Below are positions 22,842-36,754 of a DNA stretch of 64,000 nucleotides, piece by piece. This stretch comes from Nymphaea colorata (taxonomy: Eukaryota). The number at the start of each line of letters is the position of its first letter. The stretch's first letter is position 1. The position numbers and the translations under genes are program-made. The DNA lies in assembly GCF_008831285.2 (NCBI RefSeq), contig NC_045138.2:19530001-19594000 (forward strand), read 5' to 3'. The notes under the pieces are model-generated. The model saw nothing but the letters and a program-made list of their open reading frames with translations. It did no database searches and had not been told where the DNA came from.

Positions 22842-25727
22842 AGTTGTTTCATAAATCTACTTGAATGATGTATTATTTGGTTTGCTAAAGGCCGGCAACA
22901 TCTACAAAACGTCGGCACCTACAAATAAGGCTGCGCACTTTTTGGGCAGACATGCTAAAAGAGTTGCAAGTGGACACCCTGCCCCTTCGTGTTTGAACAA
23001 TGTCCGGCAACAAACTAGCTAGCCTGAATGAACCCAATAATATATACGTAGCAAGTGATGGCGCATGAAGGATGACCTCATCTCAAATGTCTCTGAAGCG
23101 GCAACGTGGTGACGCGTGAGTTGGCCTCATATGTGTCTTCACTCGAATGACGTTGGGATCAACGTCAGAGCGCGACAGAATGGGCTCAAGTACAGCGACC
23201 ACTAGCCAACCGACCATGGAGAGTAAGTACAAAAGTGTTGACTGCCCACAATACCCCTCCACGTTTTTTTTCTCCCTGCCTCTCAACCTTTTGACTATTG
23301 AGGGTATTATTATAAATTGTATTGTTTCCTTTCCATTCCATTCACTTTTATCCAAACAATCTTTTATAATCACCTCTTTCCATTCCCTTCCCTTCCCTTC
23401 CCTTTCTCTTCCATTTCCTTCCCTTTCCATTCCTTTCCCTTCCTTTCCATTCCTTTTCCTCCCTTTCCCTCCAACCAAACAGGGCGTTAGCGGCAACCTT
23501 TTTCTATGCTCATAAACCAGTTCTAGATTGATTTACGCCAATAAAAGTCCGTGTACGCATGTTGTTATTGGCCAGGTGACGCATTAAATTTGTAATGAAG
23601 CAGATAGTAAGTCGCAGGCTTTGAAACGCTTCTAAAATGCATAATATTTAAAAATATAAAGGTGAAGTGTTTCATATTGAACGAGAATTTCAATGAATAT
23701 CTAAAGTCCACTATTCACTATTCAGACTCAGTTTTGATCCATCATGTAACAATCATATGCCGATTTCGCTCTTTCATAGAACAACGCTGCTTTTTTTAAC
23801 AATTATTTTACGAATCCATGGTTGGTTGGCTAATGGTTGATGTACACAAAAATAGATGGCCAATGTTGCAGCGTTACCTTTGAATGTAGGGGTACCCCTC
23901 CTCTCTTGCATACCTTATAGCGTGACCTTTAAATGGAAGCTGGTGTGGAACTAAATTTTGTATATCAATAATTTATGCTTTCAACATTCAAATTAAGATG
24001 GAGAAGAAAAGGATCCATCGTCAGACATGCTTGAAAAACGATTCAAACACTGAAGCTGAACGTGTGGATGTCATCGTTCAAATGGACGCGCTTTTGTTTT
24101 GAGCAATGCCTACTTAACTGGTTTTCCATGTCTCGTATGGCCGCACTCATCGTTAGTTATGTCTTGCAGTGTTAACTTTTTATTAGCTAAGTTTCAACAT
24201 TCCCTTTCTTTCTGTGGTCTACTTCATTATTTATATAATGAGGATTTCTACAGTAGCATCAAGAAATAATAGCATAAATTATTTGTCTCTGGGATGCTTC
24301 CACCATTAAAGTGGATACAATCTTCACTTATCAAGTCATGGCAATGGTCGTGGACATGAAATTAAATTACTGATTATGAATCAGGTATTCACAAAACAAA
24401 CGAGAGACGAATTTGGGACGTATATATGGAAGCAGATCCAGAAGCATCTAGAGGATAACCACCCTCACTGTCGATCTTTTTGAATGACATTCTCTATTGT
24501 TTTATCACGTTATCTACTCTTTGATTACCTGGGTGACATAATCAGTTGTTTGATGAGCTGATTGACATAGACCATTTAAGAGAAACAAATGTTCCATCAC
24601 TCCAGCGACATTATCCAATTCCGTAAGACATTAGCCACTGTTTGATTACTGTAGCGCAGGGGCAGAACCAAGAAGCTCTAGCTACCTATAAGTTTTTAGA
24701 TTTTAAAAAAAAAAAATTGCTGAAAAATATCAATATAAAAAAAAAAAAATTGGCGTCTTTGTAGGCAATTATCCATTTGAGTTCACAACCATGAGAGTTC
24801 ATATTCATGGAGACAGTTCAGAATGTCTTTCTAAAGCCTCACCAATAAGAAGAAGATTTTAGTTCTTATAACATGTAGGAAGAAAGCATCTTAGCCACAG
24901 TTTCTCTGAGAAGTAGCTATTAATAAAATTAACTATACAGAATAAGCAAGCCCTTGTATGATTCGACCTTAAAATGCCCTGAACTGGTTGTATACAGAAT
25001 AAGCAACAAAAATCGGTTTCGAAATAGAGTGAATTGGCTTAGATGCACCAGGAAACTATCAAGAACTCCATGAACCAGCGTATATGATATGGATCCTGGA
25101 TACTACTAAATTCAAGCTTTATGACCCAGATCCAATTTATCTGCTTGAATCTTAAACTGGTCTGAGTACCTACGCGATCCAAAACAAACTGGAAGGTTGG
25201 ATCTAATTATCAACATGGATCCTAGAATCAAAATCCAAATTGCAGTCCTGGTGCTCCACAGAACAGATCTGAGTGCCATGGCAAGTTGGCGAGCAGGCCC
25301 GGATCCAAACTAATACACAATTCCTTATTGGGTCTTGATTGGATCCACAGGAACCTGTAACCAGGATGCAAAATCCATAACCCAGAACAGGTCCTTGACT
25401 AAATGGATTCAGGTTGGAAGCTAAGTCAATCAGATTTCAATATTGTACGAACCAAACTTGATCCATTAATACTATATTGGTCCAGTTTAGTTTGAGCTGT
25501 AATAAAAAATGTTTGCATATAATATAGGACACTGTTCGAATAAATAATTTATGAGAAATGTGAGGTGGGAGACCTGCGAATGATGAAGTTGGCGGTATTC
25601 TATTTTCTTTCAGGTGGTCTTGCTGGGTTACCATGTGTTATATACGTCGTGATCAGTTTGTTTTGAAAAGTGGGAAGCCATTTTGTTGGAATTTATGTTG
25701 CCGTTAATGAACTGTCAAAGAACACAT

Positions 25728-25731
<4 letters not shown>

Positions 25732-25817
<86 letters not shown>
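25732..25817. repeat. (TA)n microsatellite
   Basis: Uninterrupted TA run of ~85 bp. Confidence 0.95.
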
Positions 25818-25820
<3 letters not shown>

Positions 25821-28253
25821 GGTCCACCGGCTATCAATCAACGAGGTAACCAAACTATATTTTTTAAAAATGTTATGCAGTTCAATTATATTTTCCTAAA
25901 TCTTTAAAGGGGCCACAGATTTTTTTGTAAATTGTAATGGACAAATTTTTTTCCCCAAAATCAAGTATTCCCTACATTTGCTCTTATTTCCTATTAACAA
26001 AAGAACTTCATTTTACATACAAAGAAGGTAACATGTGTGCTGATCATTTTGTCTCACGAGTCTTTCTTTGGAGTAACCGTTCCTATCAATATAGTCATTT
26101 ACATCGATTGATTGATGAAGATTTGATTGATGTAGTTCTACCTCATGCTATAGTTATTAATGTAGTTCTAAACCATTCTTATGTAAAAAAAAAAAAAAAG
26201 CTCCGTTCTAATGACATTTTACTTCTCAAATGTTGTTTTGAGGGTGTTTGGACCACCTCAAAAATGGGTTGAGTTTGCTTTTATGTTTGAATAACCTAAT
26301 ACCCCAAACGCAACCAAAAACTTTTTCTTTTGTGCCTTCAATAATTTCAGAATGATCACCCTATTAGATGAAATCATGAAAGGATGCCCGATTAGATGAA
26401 AGGGAGAAAATGTTCGTTTTCCTCTTCCTCCCTCTCCCTTTTCTCTCATTTCTTCGGATGCTCTTACTCATGAATAAAGGACACCAAACTCTATTTTTAG
26501 AATCGTTATGTAGTTCAATTATATTTTCAGAAACCTTTAAAGAGGCCAAATAAAGGTTTGTGTAAATTATAACAGATATTTTCTCTCTCTCTCTCTCATG
26601 AATCATAGAAAGTCTTAATCGCCTCTGTCTCTCTCACATATGAATAATATCGGATGAACTTTTCATGGTAGATCAAGACACAGAATTAAGGGCGCTTGAA
26701 GGAGGCGCTGGCTAATTATCACTGATCGTGCGAGAGGCGCGTTTGGTACTCCCTCAACAGAGATTTGACCCATGTTTTTGACTGGACAGGATGGTAGTGT
26801 GATTTCCAAGTCAGAGATTTGACCGTGTTTTTTTACAGTGTAGTGTGATAGACAACGGTCTGTTTACTTAAGATTACGAAACTTTATTCTCAAAATTAAT
26901 TAATATTGTGTTTCAGGCGTTTGTGGAAGCAATGAGGCTTGGCCTCGATGTGCAGTCTCAGGCGTTTCACAAGTTCAGGCGATGACAGAGGTCTGAACTC
27001 GCCGATTTTTAGAAAATCAAGGAGTCTTCATAAATCCTGAAACTTGGTCCACAGTTTGAGCACGAGCAGGGGATTGGACGCCCCAAGTTTCAGCCAAAAC
27101 GAATAATCCTACAGGAAACGCGATGAGGATGAAGTTCCATGTCGCCTGCGTCTTCTTGCTTCAGAACAACGACTCTCGGCCACGCAGCCGATCTTCTTCT
27201 TCTATTGATTTCGCCTCAGAATGGAGAGATTCAACTATGTAATGACCAGCAATCAATCAATAATCGAAATAAGCATGAGAATACAGAGATAGATCACCAG
27301 ATTTCATGAATGTCTAACGAAAATTGGGTCGCAGTCGCCTATGGGCGGAGAACCACCACCAGCGCCGCCGATTTCCGCCTTATTCCGGCCGGAAGAGGGA
27401 GCTCCGTCGTTTCAACTTGGATTCGCCTCAAACTTGGTAGATACCTTCGTTAGGATGTGGCGGATCGAATGGTATTGGAAGCCCCTTCATATCGCCGGCC
27501 GATCGTCGGTAATTTATCCAGAAACAGTCGCTGTCTGGCGGAATACTGTGAACAGAACGGAGGAGAGGTATTTTGTTCGAACCTCGCTCAAATCGTCATC
27601 AAATCTCCTCAAACTTGGTGGAGTTGTCCGTGAGGACCAGACGGATCTTTTAGAATCACAAGCCCCATCAAAAGAAGAAGAAGAAGGACGAGTGGGTCTC
27701 GGCCTCAGCTCTTTCTTTCTTTCTTTTTGGTGGTATTAGGGCAGCTAAGTCCCAAATACTACAACAAAATAACAAAACTAAAATAAAAACAGCCGTTTCT
27801 TTCGTCCACTTGTCGAGCAAAGACCATGAGAAAGAGGGGAAAACAGAAAGAAACCTTTATCGACCCCCTTCTTGTTCTCTTTTCTCTCTCTCTCTCTCTC
27901 TCTCACATCATGAGTCAGAGAAGTTTTAATCGCCTCTGTCTCTCTCTCGCTCTCTCTCTCATATGAATGATATTGGATGAACTTTTCATTGTCGATGAAA
28001 ACAGACAGAAGAAAGAGCGCTTGAAGGAGATGATTGCGGTTAACACGAAACCGAAACAAACCAGACAATAAATGGAGTACTTCTCTATTAGATACATTCT
28101 TAAACTTTGCAGACACAAGTACAGAGCATCTACAAGACTTATACGGTATACCGCTAGATTATAACAGGATCAAGACAACCAGAAAATCAAACCTATTTTC
28201 AACTTAAGCAGCAAAGGCAAAAGGTCCATTGAAGGGAATTGAGAGTTCCAAAG

Positions 28254-28565
28254 TCACTGGCGGGCTTGTCCGGCGCTCATCTTCAGAAGAATGATCCAGA
28301 GGAACCCAAAGCCGGAGGTGAGAAGCGCACCGGCCCTAGTCCACCGCAGAGCGTCGACGATGGAACCAGGCAATTGGTCGCCGAGGAAGAAGAGGAACAG
28401 GGAGCTGAAGAAGGTGATGATGAGCCCGACCAAAGCTAGGAGGAGGCCCGGAAACAGACACGAGAGGGAAGCTCCTTCTCCGGCTTGAGGCATCCAATTA
28501 AGCAGCAGCAGCAACATCGGGAAAGAAAAAAGGAACATCGGCTTCCGCCATTCCCCATCCGCCAT
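28254..28565 (-). CDS. Small three-helix membrane protein, type C (103 aa, MADGEWRKP...GQARQ)
   Basis: Intronless ORF, gtgccATGG context, TATAAAA at 28629-28635, three hydrophobic segments, shared family motif. Confidence 0.7.
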   Translation of the reverse strand: MADGEWRKPMFLFSFPMLLLLLNWMPQAGEGASLSCLFPGLLLALVGLIITFFSSLFLFFLGDQLPGSIVDALRWTRAGALLTSGFGFLWIILLKMSAGQARQ

Positions 28566-31500
28566 GGCACCTACAGTGAGAGAGAGGGAAAGAGAGAGTT
28601 GAGGTGGGTGAGCTCACGCCGGCTTCTCTTTTATAATGGGAGAGACAGAGACTGTGATTGCCGGGATTGAATGTGCCCATTTTGATGGTGTGCTTATGAA
28701 GACTTTTGCCGGGCATCGGGTGTGATCAATGATCATCAATACCTTTGCCGGCAATCGGGATTGAATGTGCTCATTTTGATGTGTGGATAAATTTGGCTAT
28801 ACATTTTCATTTTATCAGGCATTTGAGTCTTTGTGTTCATGGTGGTGAGTATTTTTTCATCACTCAATTTATTAGTTTCAAATTCGATCTACCTTTACCT
28901 TTCGTTAGTGTTTGGAATAGTTCTATCTCCCATACAACCCCCTCTCACTTTTGGTACAACATGTTTTTTGTTCTTTTTTTTCATCTGTCTTGCTGACCTC
29001 TCAGCGTCCGTGTTTCCATCTTGGCCTCTCTCATCTACCCGTGAGTTCACGTTTTCTTCCTGCTACCTGGCTTCCTTCGGTCCTTTTGTCGCGTCGCTCC
29101 CACCCCGTTACCTTTGGTCTTCTGGCTCCTCTCCTCGTACCATTGCTTTTATCTGGCTTCTTTTTAGTGGCCATATCAATACTTTTGACCACCTCCAGTG
29201 CCTTGGCATTAGTTTAGCTAACCAGTATCTCATCTGTCTTGTCGCGACTGAGTCTCGGGTTCACATTTTTACTTCTTGTTCTTTCTTCTTTAGTGTCATT
29301 GCTTCTACCTGACCTTTCTTTAGTGTCACTGCTTCTATCTGACTTTCTCTTGTTAGTAGCCTTTCAAACCCACCATTCATTCGTTTTTTTTTTTCTTTTG
29401 TCATTCTCTCCACCTGTCTGCTTTCTGGGGTTGTGTTTGAAGGTCGTGGCTCATTTCAGTTTGGTGGCGCATTTGGGAGGAGTGCAACAACAGGGTCTTC
29501 AGGGGTCAGATTCTTGTGGCTCGTCTTGTGCAAGGGGATGTTCAGTTTGTCATTCGATTAAAGCGTTGTTGTTCGTTTGTGGCTGGGTGACTGTGTTGTT
29601 CCGTCTTTTCTCTCTCACCCCGCCTCTCTTCTTTTTCTGGGCACTATATTGTATATTTTTTCTTCTTACTTTTGTTTTTGTGGTTTGTTTTTGTATATAA
29701 GGGACCTCTTGTTTCCAAATTTTGTTATATATTTTCATTTTATCGATTTTTTCTCTCTCCTTGCAGTGGTTGTGGCCCATCTTTCCTTCTAGCACACTGT
29801 TGCTTCCATGTCATTTCTCCCCAGCAGTGGAGATGGCATTGAATCCCTTTTCTTTTCTCTTGTTTATTGCATCTTCCCTACTGATCAGCCTTTCCTCCTA
29901 ATTACAGAATTAACCACGTAACAAGATTTTTAACAGTTTCACGTTCGAGAAAGAGTTGCCCTTTTCGGTCGGGTATTTGACGAATATGTTGGTCTCCAAA
30001 TCCGCATTGACCATGAAATCAAAGGGAAGGAAGGACTGCAAGAAGCAAGAGCTGCTCGTTGCTGATTTCTTAGCACAAACTTGTTATCTGCCTCCGATTT
30101 TGGAACGGCCATCTTTCCGCGAAGCTTCGGGGTGGTCTTTTCTGTAAAATATTTTATTATTTTTTACTTGTCCATAAGAATCTTCCGAAGTTCAAACCCT
30201 TCTATCTCTCAAGGCACCATGTCCACCGAAAATTGGGAGAAGCCGGTGTTGGTCGTCCCTCTTACCGTGGGGTTGTTCTTAGTTTAGTGTCTCAGAACGC
30301 TGTTCGCAGCCATTAAATTTGCCGTATGAGAAGTTAGGCTGTTTGACGTTTAGATCCTTTCGTCCAATCATATCTTTGCTTGAGATGCATTGTTTTTTTA
30401 AGGGGCGGAAGATCAGAAATGTTTTGTGAACGGAATTAAAGTTTTTAAATTTTGATATAAATTAAAATATTATTTTTAAAAAATTTTATATAATTTTTTT
30501 AAAAATTTATATATAAACTTTTAAAAAAATATTTTAAAATGACGCGCCCATGTCGGCCGCTCTTGACTGGCCGAGTGATGGAAAACCCGTCCTTTTCCTT
30601 CCTTTTTCTTGTTCATGGTCAAAAAATCAAATCTGAACACATTGACATGTGTTAGTATCTTATCTTCTACACACACTGACCGTCTTCTTGGACTGTGTGT
30701 GTTATGGCCTGACCTCATGCAAGACAGAGCCAAAGAACGATTGGTGAACCTCAAAGTGAAGTTGCCAATGGAAGAAGGACGCGTGTAGGAATCTAAAAAC
30801 AGGGGCAGAGCCCAAGGAACTGGATTCCCATTAGCATAATAAGCACGAATTCGTTTCACTGTTTGCACTTAATGCTACCCAGAGGGGTATTTCTGTTATT
30901 TTATCTGATTTTTTTTTTATTATATCACTTTTCCCTTTTAAGAAATCTTTTCTAACATTTTAAGGGTGTTTGGATGATACATTCAAAAACTTGGTTTTCG
31001 TAAAACCTGGTTTTGTTAAAAGTTGGTTTTTAAAACCTCGTTTGCATGCCTTGGATGACAAGGCAAAAACCAGGTTTTCATTTTTCAAAACCTTGCTTGT
31101 GTTTGGATGACAAAAATTGAATTTTTCAAGATACTCGTAAAAGAAACCAGTTCATACAATTATGTTACAGCTATAACATTAAGAGCATTCTCAAATGTAA
31201 ATTTCATTGTTTACAATCTTAACAAATTGAAACAGCCTTACACTATATCACTATATGTAAGTCCAACAAATCTTATCAAGCCAATGCTCCCGTCTGCAAA
31301 TCTTTGCTGCAAGATTAGCCACCTACTTTTGTGTACACAACCCCACCCCAAAGGTGTACCTCTCTTCTCTTGCATGTCTTGAAGCTTGACCTCCCAATGG
31401 CTGGTGTCAAGAATATTATATTTACAAGGAACTAAATTTTTATATCTATAAATTATGTTTCCTACCTTCAAATTAAGATGCAGAAGAACAGGAGCCACCG

Positions 31501-31837
31501 TCAAAGATGCTTGGAAACAATCCAAACAGGAGGGCTCAAAGTGTGGATGTCATCGTTCAGTGCATACTTAGTTGTTTTTTTGTCCTTGTTTGCAAGAAAA
31601 ATACGGAGGGAAGCACGCTTTTGGATGCCAAAAAATTTCACTTGTGTTTTGATCGAGGACAAATGGGTTGACAAAAAATTTTCAGGTAGCGTAAGATGTA
31701 TAGGCAGCGGTTGCATCTCCTTGTCCAAGAAGTGAGGCGTGCGACACTGCTCCATGGGGAAGACGTCCTATCATATCTTCTTGATTTGAGTTGCAGAGAA
31801 ACACAGCACGTAACGCAATCACAGATTCTAGCTCTGA

Positions 31838-33360
31838 ATACCATGTGATGATGAACTGTATGAAGATTACCCGTGGCCAAGATGGTATTAATTAGCTGCA
31901 CGGAACCATTGAAGAGCACCATCCTCCATATGAATTATGCAGAGCAGTTACTCCTCTGCAAGAACCTTGAGCACAATCTCGATTCTTGTTAACAATTCGA
32001 AAGCAGATCTATAGGAACAGTAGAAACAAAACCACAAGGTTAGGAAATATTAGGAAAAAACAGGAGTCCTGCCCTGCTACATTGAGGTTATCATTGACCA
32101 CCACCAATATATTCATGCTGTCACGTTCAACATTTATTAGTTTTAACCTGTTGGTTTACCTGTTGAAACAGTAATATACTGTTAACATATTGTCAAATGG
32201 CCCTTAAAATGCACACATTCATGGAACCTTGCATTCCAAAGAACACAGCATTCATTCATGTTACTTAAAATGCTGCTTTTGGGACACTAACAGGTTAGGT
32301 GCACAATAGGCTACGAATACCAAACAGTAGCAAGTTTATGCTTGAATTATTCATCTTAAGAAAACATAGGAATGTGAGCATGCGTGAATGTGAACTCATA
32401 AAAGTATGAATTAGATGTCAGCAACAGGGTAAAATTCAAAGGAATTTGTCAACAAAAAAGCATTCAACGATCAGAGACCCATGTTTTAATTGAAGTAAAC
32501 TCATTAAACTGTTAATCGCTTCTACAGTTCTACTCATTCACTTCTTATTTAAGTTAAATGAATTAAAGTATCAAGGGAGTCTAATCATCCAAAGCTGATC
32601 TTAATATTCATTATCAATTAATTAGATTGAACTAATCAAACTGTTAATTAAAGGAAAATCCAACTAAAGTTGGTCATTCACTCCCAAGACAAGAGCTCTT
32701 ACGAAACCCAGAAAACCATTTCTGTTCCTCCTTCAAGAAAAAGTAGCCTTACTCAACGTGTATAACTGCTAATGACCTCGGTATATATCTCTTAACAGAT
32801 ATTCTACAATTTTTTTTCCAACGATCAACTTAATGTGCATTTTGGAATTTTCAGAATTCAAAGCTGTATACTTAGATAAGCGTCTTTGCACGTTTAGATA
32901 AGGTTACGTGATTTAAAAAATTTTAAATGTTATTATTGATCGTCATCTAATGCTTTCGTTCAGGTATCTGGTCTTTTTTTTTTTCTCGATCTTCTGTAGA
33001 TGGTTTGGTAAACATATTATGGGGAAAAGAGAGAAATTTCGGCATGACTTAAAAGAGATTACATTCTGTGATTTTCATTTGAGGCTGTGGTCATGTACGG
33101 TTCATTGCTGAACCTTGATCAGAGTTAATTTTAATTGAAAAGATGAAATGTATTTATTATTCGCTCGACTAAATTTAACTCTTGTACTAGACTGAAAGAG
33201 CTTCTATAGTCTTGTTTGGGCTGAAAGTGAAGGGTTCTTATGAGAAAGGATTTGATTCCTGAGTTTGATAGGTTACACTATATTCTTACATCTAAAGGAA
33301 GGTAATAACATACGCGGTTAGCCTTTTTGGGAGTTTATGTTAATTAGGATTTTAACTAAA
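31838..33360. repeat. Direct duplicate of 40195-42270, lacking the ~41320-41905 segment
   Basis: Long collinear matches (GAAGATTACCCGTGGCCAAGATGG..., ...GATTTTAACTAAA); junction CTTCTGTAGATGG at ~32995. Confidence 0.9.
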
Positions 33361-33949
33361 GGTATGTCAATAGTTCAAAACCTGTAGGAGGCTATGCTTC
33401 CCTCGGATTGTACGTGCAAGTCAAAGTATACATAAATCTCACTACGTTGCAGCTCTAGACCTTGAGGGCAAGGAGAACGAAGTGGGCTTCGGCTTTCATC
33501 CGTGCATTTGGCTGAGGTTGTTTGGTTGCTTCAGATTAAATCCATGACGTTTTAATCTTTAGGATTTTAGATCATGCGCAATCAAACACGGAAAGTAAAA
33601 GAAAACAAAAAAAAAATGACCACTATCTTAGCATACACTAGACCCTCACATAGTGGAAACAACAGATTTCTTCCTCTAATAATTCATGAAATTCTCTTCG
33701 TGGAATATAGAGGATTGGTTGGAAGATCTGCTCAATTTGAACGGCAGAATCTTTCTTCTGAGAGAAGACAACGCTGATGATCCATTGCCGGTTGGGATCT
33801 CAGTAGAGTCCTAAGGGTGCACGCTCTACTTACTTGGCAGAGGATTTTTTTTTTTTTTTTTTTTTTAAATTTGAATTCGTTGAATCGGCAATGACAATCT
33901 ACTTTTCAGGCTGTGGAGGGTGTTAGAGATAATCGGCAATCTGAATGCT

Positions 33950-34570
33950 GTGTGGTAGCATTGACAAGATAGGTAGATCCACTAAGGCCAATTCCTGTAA
34001 GAAATTTTATTTCAGATTGTCGACTGACTGCACTAGAAGATGAATACAGACAACACATACACATGGCCAAACAATAGAGAAGATGACAGGCTGATCCTCT
34101 GTGGATTTGACTGGTGTCTAACCAGTCCAGTGTGTTCAAAAAAGTGGGGAAATTGCAGTAAATTAAAGGTTCTTTTAGCGGACTTTTCAGATCACAGTTC
34201 TTTAATCCTCTCGGTTGAAGTGGGCAATCTTTTTGGCTTTGGTAGATCTCTTGTTGGAGTGGAAGAGAGGGCTGTTACAGATGCTTGGCAGTGATCAAAT
34301 TCATTCAGAAATTGGAAAATTCTGCATTCCACTTGGCTATATGGGGTAGGAATTGTTTTGATAGTATTTCAAGCCGTATCCATTCCCTTAAAGATGAGAT
34401 GGATAAGATTCAAACTAATTTAATTTTTTATATGGGTCGAGGTGATATATCTATCTGCCCATGTTATTCATTCTGTATTATGAGAAGAATTGGGGCAGCC
34501 TTTATCTGAGGAAGCTGAAAATTGGCCCCAGAAAGTTCACATTGAGATGAAAATCCAAGCTTTTTCTTAC
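33950..34570 (+). mobile_element. Degenerate LINE ORF2 endonuclease remnant
   Basis: FDWCLTSPV...DFSDHSSLIL resembles the RLDRxL...SDHxPI motif, followed by KL..LAIWGRNCF..I..RI..LK.E..KIQ. Confidence 0.5.
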
Positions 34571-35299
34571 TGAAATTTTGAAGCAGCTTTTAGTCTTCTT
34601 CTTCATAGCTATCAAGCAACTTTTAATTATGATTAGAGATGTCAACGAGTCAGATTCGGTGAGATATAATCGTATCTGTTTTTGGATATTCACATATTTG
34701 GATTCAAATACAAATACAGAAAAGTTATATCTGAATCGAATCCAAAATCCAATTTCACGATTTGAATCTAACTTTTTTTATTCGTATTCAAATCCAAATT
34801 TTGAACAGAATTTGCTTGATTTTCAAACTGTAAGAGCATTAGACATAGGATATTTGTTTTAAAAATGAATCCAGTCTGAATGTGATATGATACTTATGTA
34901 TATCTGAATTCAATAGGATGTCATTTCTTAAGTCCAAATCTGATCTGATTTCTTACTTGGATATTACATTTTTTTCATATCCAATTTGTTTGGAACAGTT
35001 CAGTCAAATATCCAATACACATAGCATATATTAATATCCCTAAGGTTGATGAATGGAGGTTTGCAGACTTAAACCCACCATTAGGATATTTGATGAAGCA
35101 AAGCCTTCGAATTCTTGCCTAAGTAAACCGCCGGAACTGGTTGCATGACCCAAACAGCTGGGACCAACCAAATACTTTGGACCCGATGTATGTGCTCATG
35201 TAATTCTAGATAGTATAATCTGATATGGCCCCTATGCCCCTCCAGGCTCCATCTCAATTGACTGTTGATAGCATAATCTGTGAGCATAGCGCGCGCGCT

Positions 35300-35371
<72 letters not shown>

Positions 35372-36451
35372 CACGGCATATTGACAGAGACATCAGGTTT
35401 CAATATCCACCAAAAGACAATGGAGGAGGGGTAGCATTCAGGCTTATATTTTGTGATTAACAGTACACAGAAACAGATCGCCAATACGGGCAACGAAGAG
35501 GACGAACGGCAATGCTGCAACGCCTACCAATACATATATTCCTGATTATTTACTGTCAATAGTATCTGAATGGACAACAATTGGATAACTATGTAGAGTT
35601 AAATCAATGTAAACATTTATCAATTAGAAGAGGAAGAAAAACTCTTGCCTGTGATAGAGATCACAAACAAAAGGAGGGAGAAATCGTAAGGATTTTCCCC
35701 ACTTTTGTTAAACACCTAAAATAAAAAAGGTTACTGAACAAGGTCAGGGCTTTATATAGGAGGCTGCGTCCGTCTAAGCCAAGGAGAGCTAAGTGCCAAA
35801 GATCTCTAATCAAATAAAAAAGCAGCAAAGTTTAAAATAGACATGTTGAACGCCTGGCACAAAGTCATTTGGGAGTTTCTTTACAACTCGCTTCGCTTTG
35901 CCATGTGGATATGATCAAATGCATAAGGGATTGGGGCTACAACTTTGTGTACTACAAAAGGGTTTCGAACATATTTTGCATTTGAAATAAGATGTGCAAC
36001 CGGACACGAAATCGGTATAAAACCGAAAAAATTAGGGTTTCAATTGGGAAAGCCATTCTTTCGAAAGAGGGACAGTGAGCAATTTACTTCTTTCAATTTG
36101 AGGCCCCCGTTTCATGGCAGAGCAATTTTTTACAAAGTAAAAATAAACTGTGTTTGATGTAAAATAAAGTAAAGGCTTTATCCGATGTCCTGACTTACTC
36201 ACACATGTACCAATTGACGTCCACCACAAGAGGTCTATGAAAGCTGCAGACAGAACAGAAAAAGGTCAAACGAAAATCCCCCGATCTTCTCAGTACCAAC
36301 CGACGTCCACCATAAAATGAATTGAGGGTTTCTTGACCATCGGAGACGGTGGTTTCTCCGACTTATAAATTGGGCAGGGGCTATCCTGCCAAGCCAGTCT
36401 CCATCCTTCCCACTTTCCTCTCCCCCTTCCTCTTCGGCTCGCCCAGCAAGC

Positions 36452-36754
36452 ATGGAGATGGAGGACGGTGACAAACGTTCGAAGCTGATTCTGCTTGTCT
36501 CTACCGCCCTGTGGCTCCAGTTGTTGGCTTTGCTCCTTCAAGGTGGAGGAGATTCTTCTGTCTCCGCAACCCCCTTCCACAGGCAGGGCCTGCCTCTGTT
36601 TTGCCTCTTCATGGCAGCCCTCGGCGTCGTCTTCTACAGCTCGCTGGCCTCTGTCTTTCTGCCCCACCGCTTGCCAGCGGCCGTCTCTAGTGCTCTTCTG
36701 TGGACATCCATTGTGTCGATCACCTCTGCACTTTGCTTCCTGTTTACCCTCTAA
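36452..36754 (+). CDS. Small three-helix membrane protein, type B paralog (100 aa)
   Basis: Paralog of 6318-6590 with TATAAAT at 36364; flanks also paralogous (~36205-37200 vs ~5720-6905). Confidence 0.7.
   Translation: MEMEDGDKRSKLILLVSTALWLQLLALLLQGGGDSSVSATPFHRQGLPLFCLFMAALGVVFYSSLASVFLPHRLPAAVSSALLWTSIVSITSALCFLFTL

Noticed and set aside
23083..23515. Long ORFs on both strands
   Set aside because: Arise from (TTCCC)-like low-complexity repeats in a MITE-like end.
28745..29795. Several hydrophobic ORFs as more membrane-family members
   Set aside because: Overlapping in all frames, mostly non-ATG starts, explained by T/C-rich composition, and lacking the family motif.
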